From the NCBI GenBank assembly GCA_973895155.1, contig OZ316893.1, positions 22,851,844 to 22,915,843 on the forward strand: a stretch of DNA of 64,000 nucleotides, given 5' to 3'. Origin of the DNA: Marsupella aquatica. Lineage: Eukaryota; Plantae; Marchantiophyta. Positions 52,833-64,000 of this stretch are shown in pieces (position 1 is the first letter of the stretch; each line of letters starts with the position of its first letter). The translations under genes and the position numbers were made by a program. The notes beneath the pieces were generated by a model that was not told the DNA's origin, did not search any database, and was given only the letters and a program-made list of their open reading frames with translations.

Positions 52833-54447
52833 TTATGGATCCTCTATGTACTTTCTTGGCCATAATACCAAAGAACCTGCAGCATCTCCAAGTGTCTTCT
52901 GAGGAGGATCATCATTTGTGTTTGGAATGGGAAGGACAGCTTTAGGTTTAACTAGTAATGTGATTAACACTACTAAATAACCTGGTGGGATCCTCTTGCC
53001 ATGGAACGTTGTAGAACCAACTTGCACTCTGCCAAATCCTACTCGTGTTCCACTTTCATCAATAGCTAATAAGCCACTTTGTCCCTCTGCATTAGGTGCC
53101 TTCCCTACCTCCACCTTAGATGTTTCTGCCAGCACCGATCTTGGAGGTTTGTATGAAACCTTTGACGTGGCTCTACTCCCAACAGACTTGCTTCGTGTGT
53201 GCATGCAGCTTCCTCTCTTCACAGTAGTGGAGCTAGGCTCAGTAGGTTCCTCTGTTGGGACTGTCACAGTAGCAGGTTCCTCACCTGGGAGTGCCATACC
53301 AACTAACTCTTTGGTTGGATGTATCGCAACAAGAGGCACACCTGTCATTGACAATGACACATTCTGCAAATCATTTATCTCTGCAATGGTATCAAGATCT
53401 ACATAGCACAAACCTTGCTCCACATCACATGAATCTGGCTCAATGGTATCATTGTCACGCTTGTTGATATCCTCCTTTGCCCCAACATTGATATCATCCA
53501 ATCCCTTGCCAATCTCATCCTCAACCAAACATGGTTCACTGCCCTCTGTCAAATTAGTTGCATGTACAGACTGCAACTTTGTTGCCTCTAAATTGCAGCG
53601 ACTCTTTGCCAGGTGATCATACTTCTTCTCTGTAGGACCTATCATATTCTCATTGAAAATCATCATTACCAGCATTTTCCCAATCAGGTTGAGCGGAATC
53701 TGCATGCAATGGCAGGTGGAATGAATTTCATGTTGTATGAATCCAATCTCAAACAATGTCAAACATTGCTATGCAGTCTGAAATTCACAAGTGTTACTAA
53801 TTAATAAAGAACTGACATATAGATATACTCACATCCCCAATGGTTGAGGTGGACATCTGTACCCACGAGATTGTGGGTTTGGACTTGCTCTACCTCTATT
53901 ACGGGCATAACCACTACTCTGCCCCCTGTCATAGTATTGGGCACCAGCCTGGGATCTATCGCTACAACCACCTCACCAACCTTGATCAGAGGTCAGCCCC
54001 CCTTGCTAGTATGGTGCATGCACAGGCTTTGCAGGCAAAACAGAACTCACAGGACGTTGTATCACATCACCAACTACAATGTCACAAACAAAGTATTGTA
54101 CATATGTGTAAAGGAGTCATGAAACCTCTAAAGAAGAGAATTTAACTCAGTACCTTGCTGGGAAAATTACTTACCTATTTCCTTTTGGGCTGCTCTGCAA
54201 TGTATTCATCTTCATAACCCCCATCCTCATCCATTTCCTCTGGAAAATACTCATCATCTGCATCTTCTTGTCTGGTGTCTGCACCCACCTGTGCAAGATC
54301 CATCTCATCTCCACATTCTGCCATTGTAGGTACGACCTTCTTGCTCAACCTTTCACTCCGATGCACAGGCCTAGAGATAGTGTTGGTCACCCTTCTTGCG
54401 TACTCCTTTCGTTTCTTTGAAAATTTTGTGGTTCTGCGACATTCCAA
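52833..54447 (-). CDS. CACTA ORF2/TnpA-like gene (spliced, probably degenerate); last exon within 52833-53640
   Basis: C-terminus VGFGRV...FHGKRIPPGYLVVLI...AVLPIP...TLGDAAGSLVLWPRKYI is typical of the En/Spm Tnp1-like accessory protein. An acidic exon (54175-54447) lies upstream. Confidence 0.65.
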
Positions 54448-55740
54448 TATGAGAATATAGTCATAATTTCAGTGCCACATTGAACTATTCATGTCACACA
54501 AACTCACTGCAGGATCATATTAGGATCCCCAAGAATCCCGCCATCTTGTATTGCATCATTCATTTGATCATCAAGCGATTGCGGTGATTCTTGTAGCAAG
54601 TGGCAAACCTCCTCTCTTTTTCTGCATCAACAATATTTTATTCAGGCACCAAAATGCATTGACTCCGATTCAAGTCTATACACATATCTATTGTGACTGC
54701 AAAGACATCCTTTGGCCAAATGCTGATAGTCAAGAGAAAACCATCGGCACTAAGAGCTGAATATTCAAGCATATGGAAGCCTCCAAATTCCGAAACGACA
54801 AGACCTAGGGGGGGGCAAAGAGTTTACAAAGCCGACACGGAAATAAAAGATTTCAAACAGACACAAGATATCTGAAGGAGAACTCTTTAGGATAAACAAT
54901 TACATCCATCGTAAAATACACCAAGACTGAAGAAAGACAAGCTGAATAGGCAGATTACAAGAATGTAAAAATTCACATCACAAAATGAATAATATGCAGC
55001 TGGCCATACCAACCAAAATAAGATCTCTGTGACCTCCAGAAGTCAAGGGATTAGCATTTGGGCCACATTTTCCTTTAGAAATATCTACACCTTGGTTACA
55101 CACTACATTAGTGTGCGTACAGCTTTGTAGACCGGTTTGTCAGTCCTACGAATGCCATCTAGCCCAGGAGGACTATCCAGAACATGGCCATGATGTGTCA
55201 AAGACAACTGATACCAGTTTACTCGTAATACATTTCCTCCTGTGCGGTTTCAGTTTTGCATTTGAAGATTTGTTCTAGCCGTGCTCGTTGACAATTCCAA
55301 GTGACTATTTTCTCAAGTGCCTTTTCGTACTTGGGTCAAAACATCTCAACAGCAAAGTCAGTTGGTGTTTCTTCAACAGTAGCAGCTGACACGGAACCTG
55401 GACCACAAGTGGAAGAATCTCACTTGTGGATTCACCTGATGGCTGCTTAGACGCATTGAAGGAAGGGAGCTTGAAAATATGCCATTTATCACATAATTTT
55501 CTATTTCTTATTGGCACGGTCAAAAGTGCCAGTCTATCAAAAGGAGTCCTTCCCATAAGTGGCAGCCTCCCAAGTAAGAAGCTCAAGTTTGTCCTTGCGA
55601 CATGAACCAGAATGATACATATATAGAACACTGCCAGTTGTGACCTGTCCTCACTCTTTGGAGGGTAAGTATAAGAGGAGTAGAAAAGAAAAGCAACAAA
55701 AATTGAGCATAACAATCAAATGGAAAAAGCCAAGTTCCAT

Positions 55741-55920
55741 TTGCAACAGTCAGACACCATGAAGGTAGAAATCAAAAACAAGAGGTCAGCTAAAATGTCT
55801 CCGTTGAATTTATGAGACAACAGGGTTGGGGTTTTGCAACAGTCAGACACCATGAAGTAGAAATCAAAAACAAGAGGTCTGCTAAAATGTTTCCGTTGAA
55901 TTTATGAGACACCAGGGTTA
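55741..55920. repeat. ~93-bp tandem duplication inside the CACTA element
   Basis: ttgcaacagtcagacaccatgaag...gaatttatgagaca occurs twice. Confidence 0.75.
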
Positions 55921-56868
55921 AAACCCCAACGTACATAGGCAGAAATTATTGAACACCCATCATTTCTGCTTCTTTTTCTCGGTAAGCACAAAGTATACAG
56001 GTGCACCATGGTAATGGTTTATGAGCAAAGGAACATCACCTCTTAGGTTTTCTATGCTCTGTATTATGACAAATATTTCAATGGATGAGCGGCAGTGAAA
56101 CCACGTCATCACACAGCATAAACGACTTTAGGGAAGTGACATGGTGCTCTAAAAAAGCTGAGAAACTTACCAGCTCACGTCCACCATTGGTCTTAGTCCT
56201 CTATGGTAGACATTAAAATAAGTTAAAAGGAGTGACAAACAGCTTCGTCTGCCTTGTGAAACAATACAAGGAAACGGTTCGTGACCATTCTCCAACTCAC
56301 AAACTCCATGTCAGAAGCCAAGCTTAGAGCCTGTCAACGCCTTAAAATGGGTAAGGGAGCTGTTCTTTTATTAGAGGTTTCATCCAAGGTACTTTGAATG
56401 AACGGTCAGCACGGGTCTTAGTTTGAAGCAAATTCAGTTGTCTGCGATGAACTATTTCTATGCTTTGGGGTTGAAGTTTGGAGTGTGATTATTTCCCGTG
56501 TTTATGAGAAATCGTTCTTGTAATCTGCATCACCGCAGGCAAGAAATTTTCAGCTTCATAAACATAGCCAAATATTCTATCTTCACAATTGTAAGGCAGC
56601 AACACGATTTCAATCAACATGTCGAGTGCCACGAGTGCCCCAAGTCTTGTCAAAAGACATGTCAACTCCAGAGCAATAGTTTCGATTGAAGTTGACAAGA
56701 AGAAACGAAGCAATCTCCAATCCTCCTGATTCAGCTCAATTAACTCCTCCCCTCACCGTCTGACCTAGCGCACTTAAACATCCTGCAGACCGACGGGTGA
56801 AGAATATGATGTCCACCAACGACTCTCACTATTCCATCACAAACAAAGGAAACTGAAGGAATACGAAC

Positions 56869-57265
56869 CTACATTTGGACCCTTCAGATACAGTTGCCGT
56901 AGACCTTGCTCCTCTAGGCTTGGTAGCATGTCATCCGTCTGATATATACAAAAGAAGATTTAAGACGTGCACGCTTACCAAATAGGTTTGACCCGAACTA
57001 CTCAGCCAACAACTCTGGGAATAGATACAATTATAGAGAGTCAATTTCAGTTGTAAAGCGAGAACAAGATTTGCGGCAATCATACAAACACGTCTTGTTT
57101 CAAGTTTTCTTCTCAAACAATCATACTCACTGTGTAATTGGAGCCGAACATCGCATAAGTGCCACTAACTGGTGGAGGCGGTGCCGGAGCATACTCGGGA
57201 TTGCTTGCAAAATCTTTGTACAATTTGTAGTAAGGTGGTGGTGGGGGATATGTCGAACATGCCAT
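56869..57265 (-). pseudogene. MED7: Mediator subunit 7 gene fragment (coding exons 57265-57131 and 56938-56869) inside the CACTA element
   Basis: Spliced translation MACSTYPPPPPYYKLYKDFASNPEYAPAPPPPVSGTYAMFGSNYT|TDDMLPSLEEQGLRQLYLKGPNV matches the plant MED7 N-terminus. GT-AG intron intact. No downstream HHLLNSLRPHQ exon found by eye. Confidence 0.85.
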
Positions 57266-60200
57266 TTCCGAGCTAGCAAGGGCTCTAGAGGAAAGTTCCT
57301 TCCATCCGTCCGACTGTCTGCAGGGACAAGTATTGGGTGACTTAGGGGGACAGACCAATCTAGCATGTGTGAAAGGCTTAATGTTTGATGTGAGACTCAC
57401 AAGGGGCTACGAGGTTAGGTCCGACTACGGAGCAACCCTCATTCTACGTGGACACCTCCACCACAATCTCGAGAGAAATACATCGGACCTGAATTCTACT
57501 TCTGAAGCTTACAACGAGTGTCATGGTTTCTATATCGAGGACACTGTTCACAGTCTTAAGAAAAAACACTCCCAAACCAATTTCTATGATACAATACGCC
57601 CGGCTTGACACAAATTGTAGCCACGAGATATCTATACGTTGGAATAAACCCTAGACTCCAATTGATGACAACGCCATCCGTTCGTGATCAAGCATTATTG
57701 TGACACACCATAATTCAGAAAAGCTTCTCTTGAATGACCACTTCTACTACAGGAGATACGAACACCGAAAACCCAACTGAAATGGAAAAAAGGAGGGAAC
57801 GGCACTAGACAATCCTCGACCTCTCAGAGAGCGCTCGCGATGGCCACTCCTATGTGGAATCCGTCTGCCGCGTAGAAAGAGCAGCACCGCAAATCGTAGT
57901 TGAAACCGCGGCCATCTCCAACAACAAAAAATAGCGGCTGCAACGAAAAGAGAACATAGTTGCAAATCCTGCCCTGCTGCTCTGCTCCGAATGCTGTTCT
58001 TGGCCAAATGCAAAGCCTCGTCGCTTCGCTGATTCTCTTCCTACTGGTGCAGCCTGAACCTCAGCCCAAGCAAGCACATTCGGTGGGCAGTTTCTCTCGG
58101 TCTTCTTCCTCCACCTATCGTCGACTCACTGCTCCTTACAATACACAGGGGGCTTGAAGTCCTTCTGCATAATTAGGAGTCGTAGTCCGCACCTTAAACC
58201 TTAGCCATGGGGAGGTCAATCAAGTTCCGCAATGCCTAAAAAAACACCGACCACCTGACTTACATGAAATGTGCACACTCAGCACAGCAGCCAAACCTAG
58301 CAATGTGACAGCTGCACCAGCAACTTAACTCGGACGACGGGCTGAATGACAGTTACTTTCCAAAGCTCTCGTTGTCTTCCCACGCCCTCACACCACTCAA
58401 CTGTTGAAGGGATTATAGAGCTCATTGGAAAATAGATTCAATCTTGGCATGGAAGACCAAGTGCACAGAGGAATAACTAGAAGCAAGCGCAACCGGACTA
58501 CAAAGCTAATCTTGGAATCGACAACAATCTTACAATCAACTCAATCGGGCGAAAGATGAACGACAGCAGAACTGTGAAGACATACTCTATTGACTGCATC
58601 CAAAGGACTACAATGGCGCTTCTCACGAAGCTAGTTGGAAACCGGACCTAGCAGCGCATTGGAACAGATCGCAGCACAGAAAATTAAGACACCATATTTA
58701 CATTCACTAAAACAGACCGAAGGCAATAAAGGAGACGCACAAACACAGACAATTCAACAAAGGAATATACAGGGCTATAGGCTAGATCTTACCATCAAGA
58801 ACGCTACTCCTCAACTCGAATTCTGATAATGCAGCCCGCGCATCGCTGCCCCAATCCATAGCCCTTAACATTTCCCCTCTTCTTCCTCACAAACGAAGGA
58901 CGAGCCTCACTGCCGACCTTTCTTCTCCACAGACAGAGACACGGAGCACCGGAGACAGCGAGTCAACCACGAGCAAAAGCAAGGGATGGCAACGAGCAGG
59001 AGGATCGACTCCTTCCGACTACGCCCATCCTCCATCAACTACGACTAGCTTTACAACAACCTAACTTGGCCGAATAGCTTTACGGACCCATACACCACTT
59101 ACCTTAGTTTACACAGTCTACTTACGTTTACACTTCACCTCAAAAGAGCCTAAAGACCACATAGTCTACTAAACTTTACCTCACAAACCATGCAATTACA
59201 TTATACTATAGAATAGGAGGGATGGTAACACTCTATCCTCCCAAAAGAAAGTAGGGGAGGTTTTAATGAGGTTACATCCCCCCCCAATTTCTTCTCCTTT
59301 TCATTAGGCCATATCTTAAAGATACAACAATTACACTCCACATATACGGTAGACTTGTTGGTTGCACCATAACATGTTTCCACAGTACAACCAAGGGGGA
59401 GTGTTACAACCCAAGGTTGAGTCTACCATTAACCTGGGTTAAACCTCCTCGGCCACGCAGCAAAAACCTACTTTTCCATAGCGATTGAAGCTCGCAGTCT
59501 AATGCTTTAATCTACGTCCTAAGTGAAAGTTTGCAAATCAAGCAAGGCGACCCTGTTTGAATATTAGGCGACCATCAAGCTCCACCCCTCCTTTCTCACT
59601 ACTGTTCCCCCATGTGGCCTGTCAGTCTCTTCCCGATGTTCCCCTTTATCTTACTATTTTAAAGGCATACCTCACGAGTAGAATATCCAGGTAAACTAAG
59701 AAAATGATGATATATCCCAAATGGTATGTGAGTGACTTAACAAAATTCATTCTTGTTGGCTAAACTTAGTTATAGTTGCAACTTCCACAATAGTTATAGA
59801 AATGACTTCCCAAGAATTCTCCAAAACTCAGTCCAACACTTGTAACTAAAATGACACCAACAACCTAGGAGTCACAAATTTTGGAAGGTCTCACTGGAGT
59901 CACTTAAGGCAGGGTCTCAGAATGGCCCGGTTTCTTCTAGTGAAAGTACACTGTTTTACAACCCCGGGGTCATAGGAGCCTTTTTTGGCTGTATATGTTT
60001 TGTTTCACTGGGGGAGGGGGGACAGGGAGAGGTATGGAGTAGGCTGCTAGGAGGTACATCATGAGAGAGATGTTGTGGGGGCTTTGAATTTTTGGGCTTT
60101 TTTATAACTCTTTAGTTTTGCTTTCTCCTCTCTTCTTTTCATAATGTTGGAGAGAAAGGGGGGAGGGGGGTATGTTTTGGTTTTTATGTCTCTTTTGGGG

Positions 60201-63069
60201 GTGGGGGTGAATTGATGGGGCCAACTTGAATCCCTGTGCACCCCTCCCACATTAATGCCTGCTTTTTGGAGGTTGGGTGGATTTTGTTTTTCTTTACGGG
60301 TGGGGCCAAATGTTTTTTCTTTGGTGGGGGGGGGGGGGGGGTTGGGGGGTTGGGGGCGGGGAGTGGGTGCAATAAGTGTGGCCGGTTGAATTGACCGTCA
60401 ACAATGGTTTTTTGGCCCCCATTCCAGCTGAACTTACCTTTGTCTTCCGTTTAATTTTTTGGTGCAGCACCCAACATATTCTTCTCTTTGCATGCATGCA
60501 TGGAGTTTTCTTTATTGCTCCAACATATTTTTTGCTTTTCCCCACAACATATTTTTCTTTGGAATGGGACCTGCCACTTTTTCACTCACAATCTCACTAC
60601 AACTTTTGCCCTAGCTTTTGCCTCACATCCCAACTCTCCCTATGGATTAAAACCTTCCATCTGATACTCTCAATTTGAAGTCATTTGACAATCCCTGCTT
60701 TCACCTTGCACCATCTAGCACACACTCCATAATCAGGATTTGGTGCAATTGAAAACAACATTTTGGCAAGGACACACTTTCCATGCCAATTACAATTCTG
60801 CAACGACATCTCAACTACAATAACAACAAAACCAGAACCACAATTGTGCAATGTACAAGCATCAGGCTAGTTTCCATTTTATAGACAATCAGCAACCGTT
60901 GTAGTACGTGAAATTGGCAATCCAAGCTGGGACAGTCATTTCATTGGGACATTTGGTTGCTGATATATTTCCACTAGGATCATATATGAGTTGGGATGGT
61001 TGGTCCATGGATCCCCCATGAAGAGCCCTGTACAGGAGTAGGAGATGAACCTTGTACACCAACGACATTCATTATACCCCTGTCTATTTTGATTCATGAT
61101 TCCATGCAGTCTCACTTGTATATATGCCACAGTATTACTTGTAGTAACCGTTACTTTGTGAGCAAATTGTCAAATAATTTGTGGGGAAACTGTAATCCAA
61201 ATGATTGCCAAAATTTTCACATACCCACATATTACAAAGGTTTTTTATTTTGTGAAGGGGAGATCGTCCTTGAGCAAGTCATGCAACTGGCAAAGGCAAA
61301 ACCAGAATCCATTAGGGTTCAAGTCCCATCTAGACTCAAGTCTGTGAAACACATGTTCCTGTATTCACTTTTTCAAGTAGGTGTGTATCACCGTTTAGAT
61401 CATAAGCACCAAATTTCGAACTACATAACATCGAGAGAATCATTTGATTTAGAAAACTTGGACAGCCTACACACACACACACAGAATCTCAACTGTGACA
61501 CGTAAGATTTTTACATGACAGAGATGTTAAATGTTGTCGAAGGATCACAGTTTATACGTTTGACAAAAGCATTTGCTTCATCTTCCAATCCTGAGAAAAA
61601 CAATCAAGACGTCAATACGTGTAGAGAAAGATGGGTCAAGTGGCCGTTTCTCATACCCCCTGATTCCGATGCTTTTTCAGTTCATTTCCAGTACTTCAAA
61701 TGGATCTTTGTTTTTTCCTACATCAGGATACATCTTGTCTAGGAATCTTTCCGTCCATGAAGTTTCCGGGCGTACTGCACACACAGACACACCGGTACCT
61801 CAGACACACCGGTACCTCAGTAAGGTTGCAGCCACAAAATGACCTTTACAAATCCTCATCTCAACCGATGTTCATGGTTACCCCAAAGTCTATAATTTTA
61901 ATTGAATATATAAACCTCAGTTCCTATGGGTTTGGTCTACTAAACAAGAATTTTACTATAAAACACACAAAGTAACAGGCGAGTGTAGTTTGCGATTTAC
62001 TATAGGCTAACGTGCAAGAACCAGCCCTCGAATTCAATCAAAATCCAAATAGTTACTTCAGACATAACCTTAACTTGACAATCTGATACCTTGAATAGCA
62101 ACCTGGCCTTTCACCAGCGAATTAAAACTACAGGGAATGATAGAGAAGTTGACTACTTGGGTGCGGGAAGACTCGAGTGATGCGATTGTGATTACACTGG
62201 GAATACTGCATTCTGTACCTGCCGAATCATTTGCTCAAGTTGAGTCCTCAGAAGAACTTCTCATACTCGAGCTGCACTGGACTCGCGTTACGTGGTCTAA
62301 TGTCCTGTTTCCCGTTCCTACATTTCAAATGCCAAACAAGTTTCACAGTCAAGTAACCTAAACAGGAAATGACATACATACAAAACATCAAAAGAATATG
62401 TCCCCCAACCTTCAAATTTTCCTAATTGTTTGGACCGAGGGAGCTCGGGCAAGCGAAGCTACTGTAGTTTCGCGGTGAGATCGTTGTTCCTTGATAGAAC
62501 CTGCAACAATCTAGCAACTCAAGTTTTCTATTAGACAGATGATCAAAGCCGTTCAAGAGAGAGGAGAAAGCTTGCAAGGAGAAAGTTTCCGTACATATGT
62601 CCGAGGAGTTTCCTTCCAAAATCCACATCGAAGAGGGCCTAAATGTCCTGAACTGGACCCAGACTAATTGCTCGAGGCAGGCTACAGGTGAATTCAAAGG
62701 ACTGCATGGCATACAATAGTTTTCATGATAACGGCTTTGTTCGGGTTTTCTTACCAAGCATTCTATCAGCATAAAACCCAGTAACCGAAGTCTTGATTGA
62801 CACCGATACCACCCGTACCTTCGATCTAAACGTTGAGGAGAATGAAAAATCATTCTTATAATTAATTGACTTCTTCTAAGGGACATCAACTTTGAAACAG
62901 ACTTATCAGAAGGCAGGAAAGAACATACAGAATATGAGCACCATACCATGGTGATGACACAAAGATCGGCCTGTTGAGAACTCAGCGCAAGCTGCAGCAC
63001 TAATCTCAGTGGGACCTGATGGAGAAGAATGCTCAAAACCAGCAGCGAGAAAAGATGGGACGGCAATTC

Positions 63070-64000
63070 TTAAAGTTCAAACTCCAGAAAAGCCACAGGA
63101 AATTCTCCCAAACAGCCGTAATGTGGTTCTTTGAGGCCCAGAGCCAAGCATCTTTCAGCATCTTTTCGCGCTCCGTCTATGTCCTCCAGTAAGAACTTCA
63201 CATAGCCCCGGTGCTTCAAGCATTGATAGTCATCACCGCTGATTTCCAAGGCTGCTGTTAGGTCTTCCAATGCTCCATGGAGTTCGCCTGCCATTCGCTT
63301 CAGTATTTCCCGTTCTTGCAAGACGAAAACCCTCTTATAATAGCCACACACACTGGCGCCGAAATCGTCCCACATTGCAAGGGCTCCCACAAATTCCTTC
63401 TCGTCTACCTTCTTCATGACTCTCTCATGTGAAAACATGGAAATCTTGTCTACCAATTGTTCCCTTCCCTTCAGTCTGAATTCCAAAAATGCTACGGGCA
63501 ATCCTCCCAAACAATTGCCCCCATGCACCACAGGATCCATGGCCATGCATCTTTCTGCATCCTTTCGCGCTCCACTTTTATCCCCCATCAAGTATTTGAC
63601 GTAACCCCGATGCTTGAGCAGCTCATAATTGTTGTCGTCTGTTTCCAAGGCTGCTGTTGTCAGGTCTTCCAAAGCTCCATCGAGATCGCCTGCCATTCGC
63701 TTCAGTAACCCCCTTTCTTGCAAGAAGAAAACTCTATGATGATAGCCACCAACCCTGGCGTCGAAATCGTCCCAAATTGCAAGGGCTCCCAGAAATTCCT
63801 TCTCCTTTACCTTCTCGATCACTGTCTCATGTGAGGAACTCCAAAGATCTTCCTCAAATCCTTCACTTCCCTTCAGTCTGAATTCCAAAAATGCTACAGA
63901 CAATTCTCCCAAACAATAAAACCTATCCACCACGTACAGGATCCATTGCCATGCATCTTTCTGCATCCTCTCGCGCTCCTCTGTCATTTCCCATCAAGTA
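63070..64000 (-). pseudogene. NLR copy 4, 3' TPR array only (gene continues beyond the window); 4-nt insertion frameshift near 63935
   Basis: Same TPR modules ending FPVAFLEFEL*. The sequence ccaccacGTACaggatcc, versus ccaccacaggatcc in other units, breaks the frame. Confidence 0.72.

Larger units (their letters stand above)
52157..59942 (-). mobile_element. CACTA (En/Spm) element, 7.8 kb, no DDE transposase seen
   Basis: Termini CACTAGAAGAA...CTGAGACC / GGTCTCAG...TTCTTCTAGTG (30-bp imperfect TIR, first 11 bp perfect); 3-bp TSD AAA; GTGACT/AGTCAC subterminal repeats at both ends. Confidence 0.9.
35360..64000. repeat. Segmental duplication block B (NLR copy 3 + TE-expanded spacer + NLR copy 4)
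   Basis: Collinear with block A apart from discrete insertions and deletions. Confidence 0.85.

Noticed and set aside
56489-56790. Candidate third MED7 exon (EELIELNQE resembles KELRSLNRE)
   Set aside because: The following residues do not match the conserved MED7 core (LADVLVERP, HHLLNSLRPHQ), and no in-phase acceptor was found.
60320-60370. Poly-G tract / G-quadruplex and Pro-rich ORFs
   Set aside because: Simple sequence, error-prone, with no supporting context.
62422-63066. 214-aa ORF directly after the copy 4 stop
   Set aside because: The paralogous regions behind copies 1-3 are not open in the same frame; more likely 3' UTR.

Overview
Eukaryotic, intron-containing plant DNA; the gene family points to a bryophyte, probably a liverwort (inference). 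The window is dominated by a tandem, same-orientation (minus strand) cluster of four paralogous NLR-type immune receptor genes with an unusual architecture: N-terminal transmembrane anchor, then a PGAP1/SERAC1-like alpha/beta-hydrolase, an NB-ARC domain, LRRs and finally five tandem ~130-aa TPR-like modules. Copy 1 (10648->4239, 5 exons, all introns phase 0, ~1790 aa) is intact. Copies 2, 3 and the partial copy 4 carry frameshifts or stops. The cluster is a two-gene block duplicated once (about 1.6-24.6 kb versus 35.4->64 kb), with a mosaic copy 3. The spacers hold transposons, several confirmed by an empty site in the sister block: two non-autonomous Helitrons; hAT-, Harbinger-, mariner- and Mutator-like MITEs; an L1 remnant; an RLE-type LINE fragment; and a 7.8-kb CACTA element carrying two intron-separated exons of Mediator subunit MED7. 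All coordinates and splice sites were read by eye; no searches were run.
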